This document shows positions 11,821 through 25,263 of a stretch of DNA of 64,000 nt, piece after piece. This stretch comes from Octopus sinensis (lineage: Eukaryota). The translations under genes were made by a program, and so were the position numbers. A model generated the notes under the pieces. That model was not told the DNA's origin. It worked only from the letters and a program-made list of their open reading frames with translations, and searched no databases. Location of the stretch: NCBI RefSeq assembly GCF_006345805.1, contig NC_043007.1, forward strand, positions 1 to 64,000, given 5' to 3'. How positions within the stretch are numbered: the stretch's first letter is position 1; each line of letters starts with the position of its first letter.

Positions 11821-11947
11821 TGTAAAAGAAATATTTGAGATTCAGTTGAATTAAGAACTTAAGTTGAAGCACCAAGTCAGTCCAGTATTATTCGCTCAGA
11901 TCGAAGTAAGGTGAATTAAATCAAATAAGCAACAGGATATCAAGTAG

Positions 11948-12095
11948 TGATGCAGTACGTCCGTTTCAAGCGGCTCCGACTGGTTAAAATTTTATTCATT
12001 TATTTGTGCGGCTGAAGATGGCACTGTATTGAAATTGATGATAATGATTACATTATTTAATTAAATGGAACAGCTTGAAACGGTCGTACTGCATC

Positions 12096-12096
<1 letters not shown>
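11948..12096. repeat. 30-bp inverted repeat made of hammerhead 3' halves
   Basis: 11948-11977 TGATGCAGTACGTCCGTTTCAAGCGGCTCC vs 12067-12096 GGAACAGCTTGAAACGGTCGTACTGCATCA, 27/30 complementary; followed by (TA)n. Confidence 0.85.
12006..12094 (+). ncRNA. Hammerhead motif (HHR-4), weak stem II
   Basis: GTGCGG CTGAAGA T...T GAAAC GGTC GTA CTGCAT. Stem I 6 bp with two GU pairs; helix III self-complementary with GU; stem II is bulged. Confidence 0.6.
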
Positions 12097-12148
<52 letters not shown>

Positions 12149-12960
12149 ATAATGCAAAATGGGACAAGAACGCAAAACATCCAGACAGCTAGGTGATACA
12201 AAAAGGGACAACAAAACATCCAGATAGACGATACAAAGAAAACAAGGACGGGTCATTCGAAGTTTTTTCCTCAGTCAAGTACCAGATTATCCTCGCAATT
12301 TCGGCTGACTATTTTTGAGATTGCTCCAATCTGGCAAAACCTAAGATTCCTTGGAAGAAAGCAGCGAATTTATACAAAACAAGGACGGAAAAAACGGTCA
12401 ATGTTACACAAATACAAATACAATAATAAATACAATAAAAACAATAATAAGATTTCATAACAAGAGGTGTCTAAGGACGAACTGAATTAAGCAGGTGCGT
12501 GTGGAAATGAAGCCTTACGACAGCGATACAACAATTTCACAAACACAGGGAAGAATATCGATGTAGCACATTTGGTGGTTAGACCAAAAAAGAAAGGTCG
12601 GTCTGACCGTTGTCCGTGCAACATTGACACAAGTACCAAGTTGTAACGGCAGTGTTCTATTGGATAAACATCGCTGACACGGAGAGGGGAAAGCATGCAT
12701 GTAATGGCAACCACCATTCTTCCCCCTTCCCGAATATCTTGCTGAGGTCTAAATGCCTAAATACACGGTCAAAGCATGTCTGAAGTATCTTCGACTGTTA
12801 ATAAACAATTGGAATACTTGAATGTCAGTTGTTAAATTTAGGCATCAGAATAGCCCATCCAGAAATAATTGCCTGCAGATGTGGTTTTGAGTCTTACAGG
12901 CAGCCTTCAAATGTTTCAAACCAACGGGGTTTTTCAACCCTCAATATTTATAGCTTTACA

Positions 12961-13159
12961 AGGCGGCGAGCTGGCAGAAACGAAAGGTTTTGCAGTATAT
13001 CGCCTGTCTTTATGTTTTAAGTTCAAATTCCGCCGAGGTCGACTTTGCTTTTCATGCTTTCGGGGTCGATAAATTAAGTACCAGTTACGCACTGGGGTCG
13101 ATATAATCAACTGGCCCCATCCCCCCAAAATTCGAGCCTTGTGCCTAGAGCATAAAAGA
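12961..13159 (+). mobile_element. SINE group A with D-type tail
   Basis: A head and core, then TCAACTGGCCCC..CCCCAAAATT..GCCTTGTGCCTAGAG tail; near-TSD ATATTTATAGC. Confidence 0.85.
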
Positions 13160-13239
13160 ATATTTATAGCCTTATGTGACTCGAGATCCACTATTCCAGA
13201 AGATGAATTATTTCACGCTCTTATTATATAAATTCTATC

Positions 13240-13497
13240 GGCAGGGGATGGTGGTGAACCCTGCTGTACTCTTTCACCACAACTTTCTCTCGCTCTTTCT
13301 TCCTGTTTCTCTTGTACCTGTATTTCAAAGGGCCAGCCTTGTCACAATCTGTGTCACGCTGAATCTCCTCGAGAACTACGTTAAGGGTACACGTGTCTGT
13401 GGTGTGCTCAGCCACTTGCACGTTAATATCACGAGCAAGCTGTTCCGTTGATCGTATCAGCTGGGACCCTCATCGTCGCAACCGACGGAGTGCTCCT
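13240..13497 (+). mobile_element. SINE group C, tail type 1, 5'-truncated
   Basis: Matches 42222-42606 and 53833-54218. Confidence 0.88.
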
Positions 13498-13585
13498 ACT
13501 ATGAATTCTTACGTCATCAATAACAAACAGGATTACTCAAATGAATATTTCCCATGGTTATTAGTATAGGCATAATTGTTCCTAA

Positions 13586-13972
13586 TCTCTCTATATATAA
13601 AGCTGAAGTTGTCTGTGTATGGCAGGTTTGGTAGCCTTTAACTAACACCATCTCCTCTGAGACCCTGCGGCGCAAGTTGACCAAAATTGAGAGTATGATA
13701 GAAGAAGGCTTGCTCTTCCTTTTGTAGAAATTCAAATCGGACCATGTTAACGCCAAAAATTATTTACATCAAAAAGGTGCTTTTTTTCTATGAAAATCCC
13801 TGTTTTTTTACGATTTTTTGACTGCTGTGTCGCCATTTTACGGTGTATTTCAACTAGAAAAATGTTCACTTAAAGAGAATAACAAGCTACATAATGCAAA
13901 ACTTTTACTTTTCAAAAATTCCAATTCTAAAGGGTCGAAACAAACCCGAGCAACGCCGGGCGATACTGCTGA
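13586..13972 (+). mobile_element. Non-autonomous Helitron family H1
   Basis: A|TCTCTCTATATATAAAGCTG 5' end; subterminal hairpin CCCGAGCAACGCCGGG; degenerate CTAG end (CTGA); no TSD. Confidence 0.85.
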
Positions 13973-14163
13973 TTCTTTTCTAAAATAGTTGGTTATGATT
14001 TGAAGAAGAAAAACTGCTATTTCTAGCAGATCAGGAAACTGCATTCATAGTATCTTGATGTTTCTTTCGAAAGTGGTCTGAAACCCTTAGGAACAATTTC
14101 TCATTTACATATATCAGAGCAAAATTATTATTAATAAGAATACTGAACCTCGCTCACACCGTT

Positions 14164-14212
<49 letters not shown>

Positions 14213-14394
14213 TCACACTGTTTGTGTGCGTGTGTTCATTTAAAATCAGTTATATCGACCTATGTTACTTAATTTTCGATCAACGGATAACCCAGAGGTA
14301 TAATCGATCTCTCTGCGATTAACAACCTCAAACATTTTCCTGATATTAATGATTTCTGATATATCAATAGTTATAATATCAGCAACATTAAGAC

Positions 14395-15322
14395 TAGTTT
14401 TTAACTTAGGCAGAAAGCCAACAGTTTTGAGGAGAGGAAATTTATCGAACCATCGGCTCCAATACTTAAAATGATACTTTATTCCATTGGCTGCGAACGG
14501 ATAAAAGGCAAAGTTGACTAAGGCGGGATTTGAACTCAGGATGCTAAGTGTTAGAAGAAATACCACAAAGAATTTTCCCCAACGTCTTAACGATTCCGCT
14601 AGCCAGTATAGCTTGGTAATGCTTATCATAATTTCAAGGCACCGAGCTGGCAGAAACGTTAGCACACCGGGCGAAATGCGTAGCCGTATTTCGCCTTCCG
14701 TTACGTTCTGAGTTTAAATTCCGCCGAGGTCGACTTTGCCTTTCATCCTTTCGGAGTCGATTAAATAAGTACCAGTTACGCACTGGGGTCGATATAATCG
14801 CCTTAATCCGTTTGTCTGTTGTTTGTCCCCTCTGAGTTTAGCCCCTTCTGAGTAGTAAAGAAATAGGTATTTCGTCTGTCTTTACGTCCTGGGTTCAAAT
14901 TCCGCCGATGTCGACTTTTCCTATCATCCTTTCGGGCTCGATTAAATGAATACCAGTTACGCACTGGGGTCGATGTAATCCACTTAATCCGTTTGTCTGT
15001 CCTTTTTTGTCCCCTCTATCTTTAGCCCTCTGTTTGCAATACAGAAATAAATATTTATCATAATGTCAAGGTGGCGGGCTAACCGAAACGTTAACACACC
15101 TGGCGAAATGCTTAGCAGTATTTTTTATCTGTTTTTATGTTCTGAGTTCAAATTCTGCCAAGATCGACTTTTCTTTGATCCTTTTGGGGGTCGATAATTT
15201 AAGTACCAGTTGCGTACTGGGGTCGATGTAATCGACTGACCCTTCCCCTCAAATTTTCAGGCCTTGTACCTAGAGTAGAAAAGAATATCACAATTTCAAG
15301 GCGGCGAACTGGCAGAAACGTT
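14395..15322. mobile_element. Cluster of group A/D SINEs: degraded minus copy ~14395-14605, plus-strand dimer 14636-15049, D-tail copy 15068-15287, head fragment ~15298-15322
   Basis: Repeated GAGTTCAAATTC / GGTCGACTTTGCCTTTCATCC / CACTGGGGTCGAT modules. Confidence 0.85.
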
Positions 15323-15565
15323 GTTCATTTCATTTAAGGGTAGAATTTGAGCGATGAAAAAAATGCTATGGAAAGGGAGTCACTTTGAATGATGTCTGTT
15401 GGTGTCGATGCTGCTGGGTTTGCTCATCCCATTTCTGTAGTTTTGAAAAAGACGTGCGTTCTATTTAGTCATATTATTTCGTAAGAACGATGGGAGAGAC
15501 CAATTCTCTAAAGTTATTCTATTGAACAATTGAACAATTGGTATTTGCATCCATAGGGATTTCTT

Positions 15566-16740
15566 TTACAACCTTTTTGCGCTTATGTAAGGATGGAGTT
15601 CTGCTCTAGGAAAGTATACTTTCTTTGAGTTTTTATGGATGCGAGGATCTTGGAAGTGGTACTGAGATATATTACTGGTCGGCAATTCTGTGTATTTCTT
15701 TGTATCATCGGTTTTCCGTAGGGGGATGGTAGTCCCTTCAATCAGCGAGGCAGTTCTCTTTTTCTGGGCTCTGAATAATATTAGCGATACAGCAAGATTT
15801 TCGTGTACTTCAGCGAAACAATTCACCCAGAAGTTAGGGATCCGGCCCAGTCGAGTAGATTTCCATTTGTTTGGCCTTTCTAAGACTACACCTTAGTCCT
15901 TCTGTTCCTGTTCTTCAAATTCATCCATTCATGTTTTTTCTCACGTCTATCCATTCCACTTTATCATTAAGTTGCCTTTCGTTGCTCCGTATCTTCTCCT
16001 AAAATTCTTCCATTTCTTCCTTCTGAAGTGTTTCCTTACTTTTGCAAATTTCTAAAACTCCGCATGTCTTGAAATATTTCGTTTTGACGATAGAATTGCC
16101 TTCTTTTGTCCTAACTTCTTGGCGGTTGGGCTTTTTAACTATATACCATTTTCCAATAGTTCCTTAGTCGCAAGGAACATTACAAGATCTGTTATTTTAT
16201 ATTTTTGCCTGTTTTTTTCTAATCTTTCTTGCTTTTAAATTTTACTCCGCTAGAAAATTTAGCGAGAACTGACAGTTCGGTTCGTAGACGTTCAATCTAT
16301 TTTCGCATTTTTACTTTCCATTTAAGGGGTCTATTTATATGTCTGATCTTTTTCTTAGCAATATCAAAACATACTTGTTTACGAGTAGTTACAACTTCAG
16401 CAGTAGATCATATACACTTATTTAAGATTCTTAAACCACTTCTCTTACTTTTTACGATCTGACTCAGAGCAACATTATATATCAAGATTTTGTTGTTATT
16501 TTGCTGTTATTCTTTGTAAACTTTGGTAGCAGTTCTCTATTAACCACATCAGTAAACTCACTCTTTCTGAATTCTCCTATAATGTCTTCTTTTGCTTCTG
16601 TGATCTTTACTCTATTATTTCTCTTCAAATTCTTGTTTTTTTTTCGTATTCTTGAGGTAGATCTACGTTTTCCTCATTCTCCACATTTCTTTTCTTCACC
16701 ATTCTTTCTTGTTTCCTCGCTGATTTTATAATTAGTTCTC
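15566..16740 (-). pseudogene. Decayed coding-like remnant, possibly LINE ORF1
   Basis: Minus strand is purine- and Lys-rich with stretches such as KITDLVMFLATKELLENGI; many stops; no diagnostic motif. Confidence 0.3.
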
Positions 16741-17289
16741 TTACACAAATTTCTGTCTCTCTCTCGCTTATTTCATCGACTTCATTGCTGTTTTATTTTT
16801 TATTTCGTCTACCATCAGATATTTGTGTTTCAATTCGATCACTTTCAGCATCAGTCATTTATTTTTAATGAGGTTTTTACGTACATTACTTAATTCATTT
16901 GCATCTATATAGCTTCGTACTTTATTACCTTCGAAATTTCTTGATGAATGTTTGTTTGCATAATGAGGATATTACCTGAGCTTAATTGGGCTTTCAAAAC
17001 GTTTCTTTAATCATCGCGAGTCTAGTTTATGCGTTTTGCTTTCGCGGGTGCTTCTGGTGTCTTCACCACACGTCTAGAGTTAGAGGTACCCTGCTTCTGG
17101 TTACTTTTGTCTTTCGTCCTTTCGAGATCGATAAAATAAATACCCGTAGAGCACTTGCTGGCCTTTTGGCCAAACTTGAAACCGTAATTATTGTTGTTGT
17201 TGTTGGTGGTGTTGTTGGTGTTGCTATTGTTGTATCTTCCTGTTTGATATTGTCTCCAATATTTCGACCTCTTATGGCCAATAAACGAT

Positions 17290-17377
17290 GTAATCATCAT
17301 TATCATCATCATTGTCACCATCATCATCACCATCATTATCGTCGTCGTCATTGTGATCGTCATAGTCGTCATATTCG

Positions 17378-17411
<34 letters not shown>

Positions 17412-17670
17412 TGTCATCATCGTCATCGTCATCGTCGTCATCATCATCATCATCATCATCGTTATCGTCGCCGTCGTTGTAGTCTGCACCGCCCCCGCCG
17501 CCGCCGCCACATCCGCCCCCGCGACTCCTCCTCTGCCGCTGCTATCATCGTCATCATCATCATCATCACCATCGTTATCGTCACCGTCATTGTTGTCTTC
17601 GCCACCGCCATCGCCACCACCTACGCCCCATCCCCGTCCTCCTTCCCCTCCTCCTCCTCCTTCTCATCGC
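17290..17670. repeat. (CAT/CGT)n and (CCT/CCG)n trinucleotide microsatellites
   Basis: Direct reading; explains the 244-aa His-rich pseudo-ORF. Confidence 0.9.
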
Positions 17671-18301
17671 TATTATTGTTGTTATTGTATTCCCAGTCGA
17701 ACCAATTAGAAACGGTATGAGATAACCGTTCTTCAATAATCACAGGGATTCAATAACTAAGTCCTTGTATTTCCTCCGCTTCTCATCTTGTTTCTTCATC
17801 AGCGTTATTATCATTAAGCAAACCGAACATTCATTGGCTTGGAGCCGCAATTAATGCAGCCGTAAATTAATTAAACTTACCAAATACACGAAGCAGTTGT
17901 AAACATCTGTCATGACGGACATTTACGACTGATTTGCGCATCTAATAAATTTAGCTAATTAATTAAGTTACGAAAGGCGTGACGGCTCAAAAATCTATGG
18001 ATATACTCCGTGCTAAAGGTTAGCATGAAAAATAAACAATGCTGTTACATCAGTAATTTGATAACGCTGTAACAATGATTAATAAATCATAACATGAAAA
18101 ACGATGTCTGGCGCAATGTATATTCTGTTTGCAAGCTGAAATTTAATAGTTGTTTCGCGTTTATCTTTTTCTAAGACAGCCAAGTTTTCCTTGTAATTAT
18201 CAGAGGTCTTTTGTTCCAAATGCTGGAAATGAATATCTCGGCGTGTCTTCCAAATCTTTGCTATGTTATAATTCTTGTTTAAAAAAAAAAATTTTTAATG
18301 T

Positions 18302-18891
18302 TTTTATTGCCCACAAACTTAGAGGCTAAACTTAGAGGGACAAACAAGGAGAGACAAACGGATTAAATCAATTTCATCCACCCTAGTGCATAACTGGTAC
18401 TTATTTAATCGACAGCGAAAGGATAAAAGGCAAAGTCGACCTCGGCGGAATTTGAACTTAGAACGCAGCGGCAGACGAAATACTTATTTCTTTACCACCC
18501 ACACGGAGCTAAACACAGAGGGGACAGACAAAGGGATTAAGTCGATTATATCGACCCCAGTGCGTAACTGGTACTTATTAAATCAACCCCGAAAGAATGA
18601 AAGGCAAAGTCGACCTCGGCGGAATTTAAACTCAGAACCTAATGGCAGCCGAAATACATATTTCTTTATTACCCACAAGGGGCTAAATATAAAGGGGACA
18701 AACAAGGACAGACAAAGGTATTAAGTTGATTACATCGACCCCAGTGCGTATCTGGTACTTAATTTATCGACACCGAAAGGATGCAAGGCAAAGTCAACCT
18801 CAGCGGAAATTGAACTCAGAACGTAACGACAGACGAAATACCGCGAAACATTTCGCCTGGCGCGCTAACGTTTCTGCCAGCTCGCCGCCTT
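18302..18891 (-). mobile_element. SINE group A trimer (one full head, two 5'-truncated units)
   Basis: Three tandem cores; inter-unit junction near GACGAAATAC(C/T)TATTTCTTTA. Confidence 0.88.
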
Positions 18892-18924
18892 GTTACATTT
18901 CTAAATGCAGTGAGGTGACAAGCT

Positions 18925-19545
18925 GATAGAATGTTATTAGCATGCCGGGCGAAATGATTCGCGGCATTTCGTAAGTCCTCATGTTCTGAGATCAAATTTC
19001 GCCGAGGTCGACTTTGCGTTTCATCCTTTCGAGAGCGACACAATAAGTACCGGTTAAACACTATTGTCGATGTGATCGACTTACACCAACCTAGAAATCA
19101 CTGGCCTTGTATCAAAATCAACATCATCATCATCATCATCATCATCATCATTATTAGCATTAGCATTAAAAGTACTTTTGTCTGTTTTTCTTGACGTTCA
19201 TAGTCCAAATTCTGCCGCCTTCCCGTGTCATCCTCTCCGTGTTAATGAATCTAATTCTAGTCAAGTACTGTGGCCATTGTAATCGATTCGTCCCTTAGCC
19301 CCGAATTTCAGGCCTTGTTCTTAGGAGTATTATTGTTATCGTCGTTATCAACATCATGTGAAGGGGACTTGAAAACCTCCTTAGAGCGTCCGAAAAATGC
19401 CTCACAATGTTTGCTCCGAATCTTTACGTTCTGTGTTCAATTCACGTAAAGGTCCACTTTGCCTTTCGTCTTTTCAGGGCTGAAATAAAAGTACCTCTGG
19501 TGGGGATGTCCACTAACCCTTGCACCTTAAACTTTGCCAAAATTC
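18925..19545 (+). mobile_element. Three degraded group A/D SINEs with (CAT)n-like tails
   Basis: Degenerate GTTC..AAATT / GGTCGACTTTGC cores near 19000, 19205 and 19450. Confidence 0.6.
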
Positions 19546-19565
19546 TTCTTCTTCTTCTTCATCTT

Positions 19566-19601
<36 letters not shown>

Positions 19602-20439
19602 TATCATCATCTTTTTCTTCTTCACTTATAGATAAAAGTGTGGATATATATATATATTTATTTATACATACATATATATATATATACATGCAAATTATAT
19701 ATATATATATGTACATGCAAACAGACACACACACACACATAACTCGAGGAAATGGAAATATCAATATACTGCGGTTCTACGTTTCTTAAAATATCGATTC
19801 CCCCCCCCCCCCCGAACTATAAATATTCTATTTTTAACCTCAGCAAAAGACATTAGAAAATATGAAGATAAATTATTTATATAAAACTGGAGCATTGCTG
19901 TGTTGTCACTTCGATTTCTTAAAGAAAATTTACTAACCGAAAATATATGTACACGCATATATACACACGTTAATGCATAAATTTATAATTGAATGCCGAG
20001 ATGAATAAAGATAAGATAACACATATGGAAAGGAAATGCGTACATACCAATAAACATTCGTACTTGCATACCGCCATACACACATTACTACATACCTACA
20101 TAACATACATCCATATAGTACATACGTGGTGGCTGCCCCCTCGTTATCGAGTATGGCCATTGCACGAAGCTTAATCAATGTTGTTATCGTGCAATGCCTG
20201 TGCAAGGGGATTGTTTTTAAAGTGAGGAAAGGCTTTGCACTGAGTCAATCCCACTCACTAAGCAACATCAGCCATAATCCCATGCAGATCTTACGATAAT
20301 AGTTAGAGCAAGAATCTTTCCTCTAAAACATTTCTACCAAGAAAGTGGACGGTCAAAATTCACACACACAGATGAATCACATTCATACATACACACATGT
20401 AGGCATACCAATATTCACAGATATATAAATGCATGCATT

Positions 20440-20477
<38 letters not shown>

Positions 20478-20700
20478 TAATGTTTGATAAGTTCCTGAAA
20501 TATCCTCGAAACATTCTGACGATAAGGATTGAACAGAAGTGGTAAATTTTATTGAAACAAACCTCTTTGTGAAATTTGTACTTCATCTTTTCGGAATTAT
20601 TTCGATAAAATAAAGTACTCAAGTACTGAGTTGAAAGTGACTCACCTATTACCTTCTGCTTAAGATAGAAACACCTATTATTTCATTAATTTAGTTAAAA

Positions 20701-21078
20701 CTAGCAGTATCGCCTGGCGTTGCTCGGGTTTGTTTCGACTTTTTAGAATTAGAATTTTTGAAAAGTAAAAATTTTGCATTATGTGGCTTGTTATTCTCTT
20801 TAAGTGAACATTTTTCTTGTTGAAATACACCGAAAAATGGCGACACAGCAGTAAAAAATCGTAAAAAATAGGGATTTTCATAGAAAAAAACCCACGTTTT
20901 TGATGTAAATAATTTTTGGTGTTAACATGGTCTGAGTTGAATTTTATCTTCTACAGAATGAAGAGCAAGCCTTCCGATTTTGGTCAACTTGCGCCACAGG
21001 GTCTCGGAGGAGATAGTGTTAGTTGAAGGCTACCAAACCTGCCATACACAAGTTCAGCTTTATATATATAGAGAGAGA
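20701..21078 (-). mobile_element. Non-autonomous Helitron family H1
   Basis: Minus strand A|TCTCTCTC.. 5' end, hairpin CCCGAGCAACGCCAGG, CTAG|T 3' end. Confidence 0.88.
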
Positions 21079-21639
21079 TTTCCATGAATGCGACTATTTT
21101 AAAACTGTATTCTGAGAAATAGAATTTTAAAATCCCAAAACAAAAACAAAACACACAAAAAGAATAAAATAAAATCTCACGTGACTTGCCCGCTGCTTGC
21201 CGAGACACAATTGAATATTTTCGAATTCATATGATGTATAGGTATTCTGAAAAGTCAGTTAGTCCTGCGCTCTCGCTTACCCTTCATCTTCTGACTCTGT
21301 TGTGTGAGACATAAATATAACAACCACACCGTTAGTCTGCGTCGTCGCACTCGTAGTAAGACGACAACAATTTCTCATTCTTGAATCGTTCTTTTCTGAA
21401 ATGTAAACAATAGCCAAGCAACTGAATCCTCGCAAATCCATTCTCTCATGTATATTATAATTCACAGCATCTAAGGAAACATGTTTTATAAGATGGTGGA
21501 AATAGATTTTTCGTATTCTGAAAAATTTGAAAATTACTTGTTTTTCAAAAGCTGAACATTACTCACTTCTGTGGTTGATGTTACCCCCTACTCCCACATA
21601 TATACATCACTGTATCGGTTCAGTGTATTGGATGATGTT

Positions 21640-21963
21640 ATACGTCACTAGTCACAATGTACTTCCTCGCATTGTTGCATTGTTGTACCTTTCGATTGAT
21701 ACCAGGGCGCTGGGTTGCCCATTTATATCTGAGAGGACTGAAGCAAGGTAAATTAACGTGTTTAGTCAAGAGTACATCGCACAGCCTGTCTGGGAATCGA
21801 AACCATGACCTTGTGATCGTGAAGGGAACACCCTGACCACTTATCCATACACCTTCAAATGTGTTATAGTCAAGAGTATATCGCACAACCTGTCTGGGAA
21901 TCGAAACCAAGATCTTGTGATCGTGAAGGCAACACCCTCACCACTTATCCACACGCCTTCAAA
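21640..21963 (-). mobile_element. CORE-like tRNA SINE with tandemly duplicated tRNA head
   Basis: 97-bp units at 21763-21859 and 21867-21963, each with an A-box-like GGATAAGTGG and B-box GGTTTCGATTCC. Confidence 0.7.
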
Positions 21964-22091
21964 CTCTGACATTTATACATACACGTACATCCATCCATCT
22001 ATTAACACACGCACATGTCTGTATATATTGGAACAAATTAGATTTTCCAGTGCAACCATTGTTAGCCTCGTCAATATATTATTGCAGTAGG

Positions 22092-22324
22092 AAGGCGGCG
22101 AGCTGGCAGAAACATTAGCACGCCAGGCAAAATACTTAGCAGTACTTCGTCTGCCACTACGTTCTGAGTTCAAATTCCGCCGAGGTCGACTTTGCCTTTC
22201 ATCCTCTCGGGGTCGATTAAATAAGTGCCAGTTACGCACTGGGGTCGATGTAATCGACTTAATCCGTTTGTCTGTCCTTGTTTGTCCACTTTATGTTCAG
22301 CCCCTTGTGGGCAATAAAGAAATA
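22092..22324 (+). mobile_element. SINE group A, full length
   Basis: 19-bp TSD AATATATTATTGCAGTAGG (22073-22091 / 22325-22343). Confidence 0.93.
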
Positions 22325-23868
22325 AATATATTATTGCAGTAGGTATCGTATTTTTGCATACTATCATTAATATCTAATATATATTTTTTGCATGTTATCA
22401 TTAATATCTAAAATGTTTTAAGTATTATGACTGTTTGTATGATTTTATAACAATTAAAATTGTAATCCATTCGTTTTGCAAGCCTGCATACACACTAAAT
22501 CAAATTAATGTTGAGTGGAGTAGAATTTCCCAACTTCAATCTAGAAAGCTGCTTATAGCTTCTTTAGGAAAAAAAATGCCTTCTCAAGTATAAAATGACA
22601 TTTAGGAAAACTCCTTCTATCCGATAATCCATTGTTGCTGCGTAGCATTCCTCTTCTCAAATTTTGCTGATATAATGCTTTCTGCTTTTCTCCGTTTGTT
22701 ACAGCCAAGCTTCACAAATATAAGTACACTCGATAAAATCTTTCATTCTATCTCTTTTCTTTTCTACCATATTTTTTCAGATCACAATATAAATAAAAAA
22801 AAACAACAACATTACTTCAATGTTCTTTTTTTCGGGAATTTCTTCTTTTTAGAATTTTTTCTCAAATAATGTTTTATTTATATTAATATTTCATTTCAGT
22901 AAAATTTACACTCTACATCTTTCGAAATATATTTTAGTCAAAGTTATTTATTTGTAGGCAAGACCAATAAGATTTTATGATTGGGAATCGAGATTATATT
23001 CACTTCGTCCTGGTGACTGACCAGGAGTCATTACAGCTGAATTAAGCCACGATATTTCCATCTAGATAACATGAAAATCTAGTTACGAAGCCACCTCAAT
23101 ATTCTAGACGACATATCAAACATCCTGGCAGAGCTATGTTCTGCGAAATAGTTACCAATATCATATCTAGTCCATTCAACTGGAAAATATAATGAGCACT
23201 AGTTTGGACTGACATTTGTAATCAAAGAAGTTTGCCAAACAAAATAAACAGAAATAAATTACATCATTAGCCGACTTCTAGTATTCTGTCACACAATTAA
23301 GATTCGAAAACTCGCTTAAACTTGGGAACGGTAAAGCTACGACGTCAGCGCGCTCTCTTTCCTCTGTCTCGGCCTCTCTCTCTCTCCTCTCTCGCTTATT
23401 TCTGTTCTGTTCGATTTCCATTAAAAACCCATTGAAAGGGACTCTGCTAAAACTATATTTTGCATGATAGCTGAATGCCATGATCTATTTTTGCTCTACT
23501 TACCAGAGCTAAGCCTGCCAAGACAAATTGAAATGCAACATATCCACGGCAGAAGCAGTGAAGCTAATAGGCAAGAGATAACAGACACTCAACAACCGTT
23601 GCCAGATAACGACTTCATAATGTAAGACAAGACCAAAGAAAATTCATACCTCTGACAACACATTTAAAAAAAAATACCACATATAAATGCTAGGGTGACT
23701 GCTAGAATCTATCAAGCCGAGATTGGATTTCCCCTTCCAAAAATATATTTAGTAGAAGACCCACGGTCAACAACGTTTGTACCTCTGTCAAATGTCCCAC
23801 CAAAACTGTGGGCGTATGTTTATGGACACATATGTATGTATGTTGTAATACATAATGTAGTGGTTTAG

Positions 23869-24100
23869 AAGACGGCGAGCTGGCAGAAACGTTAGCGCGC
23901 CGGGCGAAATGCGCAGCCATATTTCGTCTGTCGTTACGTTCCGAGTTCAAATTCCGCCGAGATCGACTTTGCCTTTCATCCTTTCGGGGTCGATAAATTA
24001 AGTACCAGTTACGCACTGGGGTCGATGTAATTGACTTAATCCCTTTGTCTGTCCTTGTTTGTCCCCTTTGTGTTTAGCCCTTTGTGGGTAGTAAAGAAAT
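23869..24100 (+). mobile_element. SINE group A, full length
   Basis: Head, core and tail; flanking repeat ATAATGT(A/G)GTGGT. Confidence 0.92.
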
Positions 24101-24844
24101 ATAATGTGGTGGTAGATCTCACGTCCTAGCGCGATTTACAGTTTGCACGTTCACACTAATGTGTATATTTAGACATATGTTTCGTATATGGAAAAATAAT
24201 TATCTGGAAAAATGTCATAGCAAGCCGATGACAGGTACTGTCAAGACCACAGAAAGAAGTATAAGAAATGTGTGGATTAATGGAGCTCTACTAAGAAAAC
24301 AAAAACACAAAACCCATTTTAATCCATGTATTCACATTGGGCAGATTTAAGATACATTGATTAGTTGATTTAATACAATTTCTCAGCACGTGCTGCAACT
24401 CATTCTGCAGAATTTTAGGGAATGAAAAACAACTAATTCGTTATTATAACCTGCATAGAGAAACTAAGTTCTTCGTCAGATATCTCTAAAAGGGAGTCAC
24501 AGTATATAATTTAACGGATCATTTCAACGGATTACAGGCGATATTAAAAGAATAGCTGACACCATATTATATATAAACCTACCGATCTGTCTACCTAGGT
24601 AGGCCCACGAATATTATAAACCTTTAATCTTGACATTGCGCTCCGACAATCTTCTCCGCAATTGAAGGTATGTTTAGCCAAGTAAGACATGCACGATAAA
24701 TCTATATTTACGACAACAATCACAAATTGAACCCATGTCCACCAGCCAAAGAAACACTCGTTAATTTTATAATGCAGCTGCTTTTAACGAGGTTAAAATC
24801 TAACAATTTTTGTTACTTAATTTCAGTTCGATGGGAAATCCTAA

Positions 24845-25263
24845 GGATCTTTTCGGTTTGAACGACAGTTTTTTCTAGCGGTGTCATATGATATTGTCAC
24901 CCATAATTATGACCCTAGTATCGATCTATTGCATTTCAATCTGTTTTAGGCTTAGGGTTAGGGTTGGGGGGGAAGGGTATCTTTTTTTCTTCACAAATGT
25001 AAATAAACCCAATCTGTTTCTTAAACGAGGGACATATTCATACGGCACAGAATGTTTTCACCTCAATAGACGTCATTGATTGGTTGAAATTGTAGAAATT
25101 GAAGAAAAACAACCAACAAATATCTTACAAACTATAGAATTTTCTCAATAAAGCCAAGAGAAAAAGATGTTTTACAAACACATTCTACCAGTATACAAAG
25201 TTTAAAAGTGTTTAGTTACATGGAAATTATTTTAAAAAACTGCCGGTCAAACCGAAAAGATCC
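24845..25263. mobile_element. Merlin-like MITE, copy 2 (inverted relative to copy 1)
   Basis: TIR GGATCTTTTCGGTTTGA / TCAAACCGAAAAGATCC; 8-bp near-TSD AATCCTAA / CATCCTAA. 5'-GG termini with an 8-bp TSD fit the Merlin superfamily. Confidence 0.75.

Noticed and set aside
12245-12285. Minus-strand CTGAGGA...GAAT GACCC GTC in a probable repeat
   Set aside because: GAAT instead of GAAA, and no stem I or proper stem II; not counted as a hammerhead.
20510-20580. CTGACGA...GAAACAAA CCTC TTTGT G with a 5-bp stem III
   Set aside because: G at position 17 and poor stems I and II; chance or too decayed.
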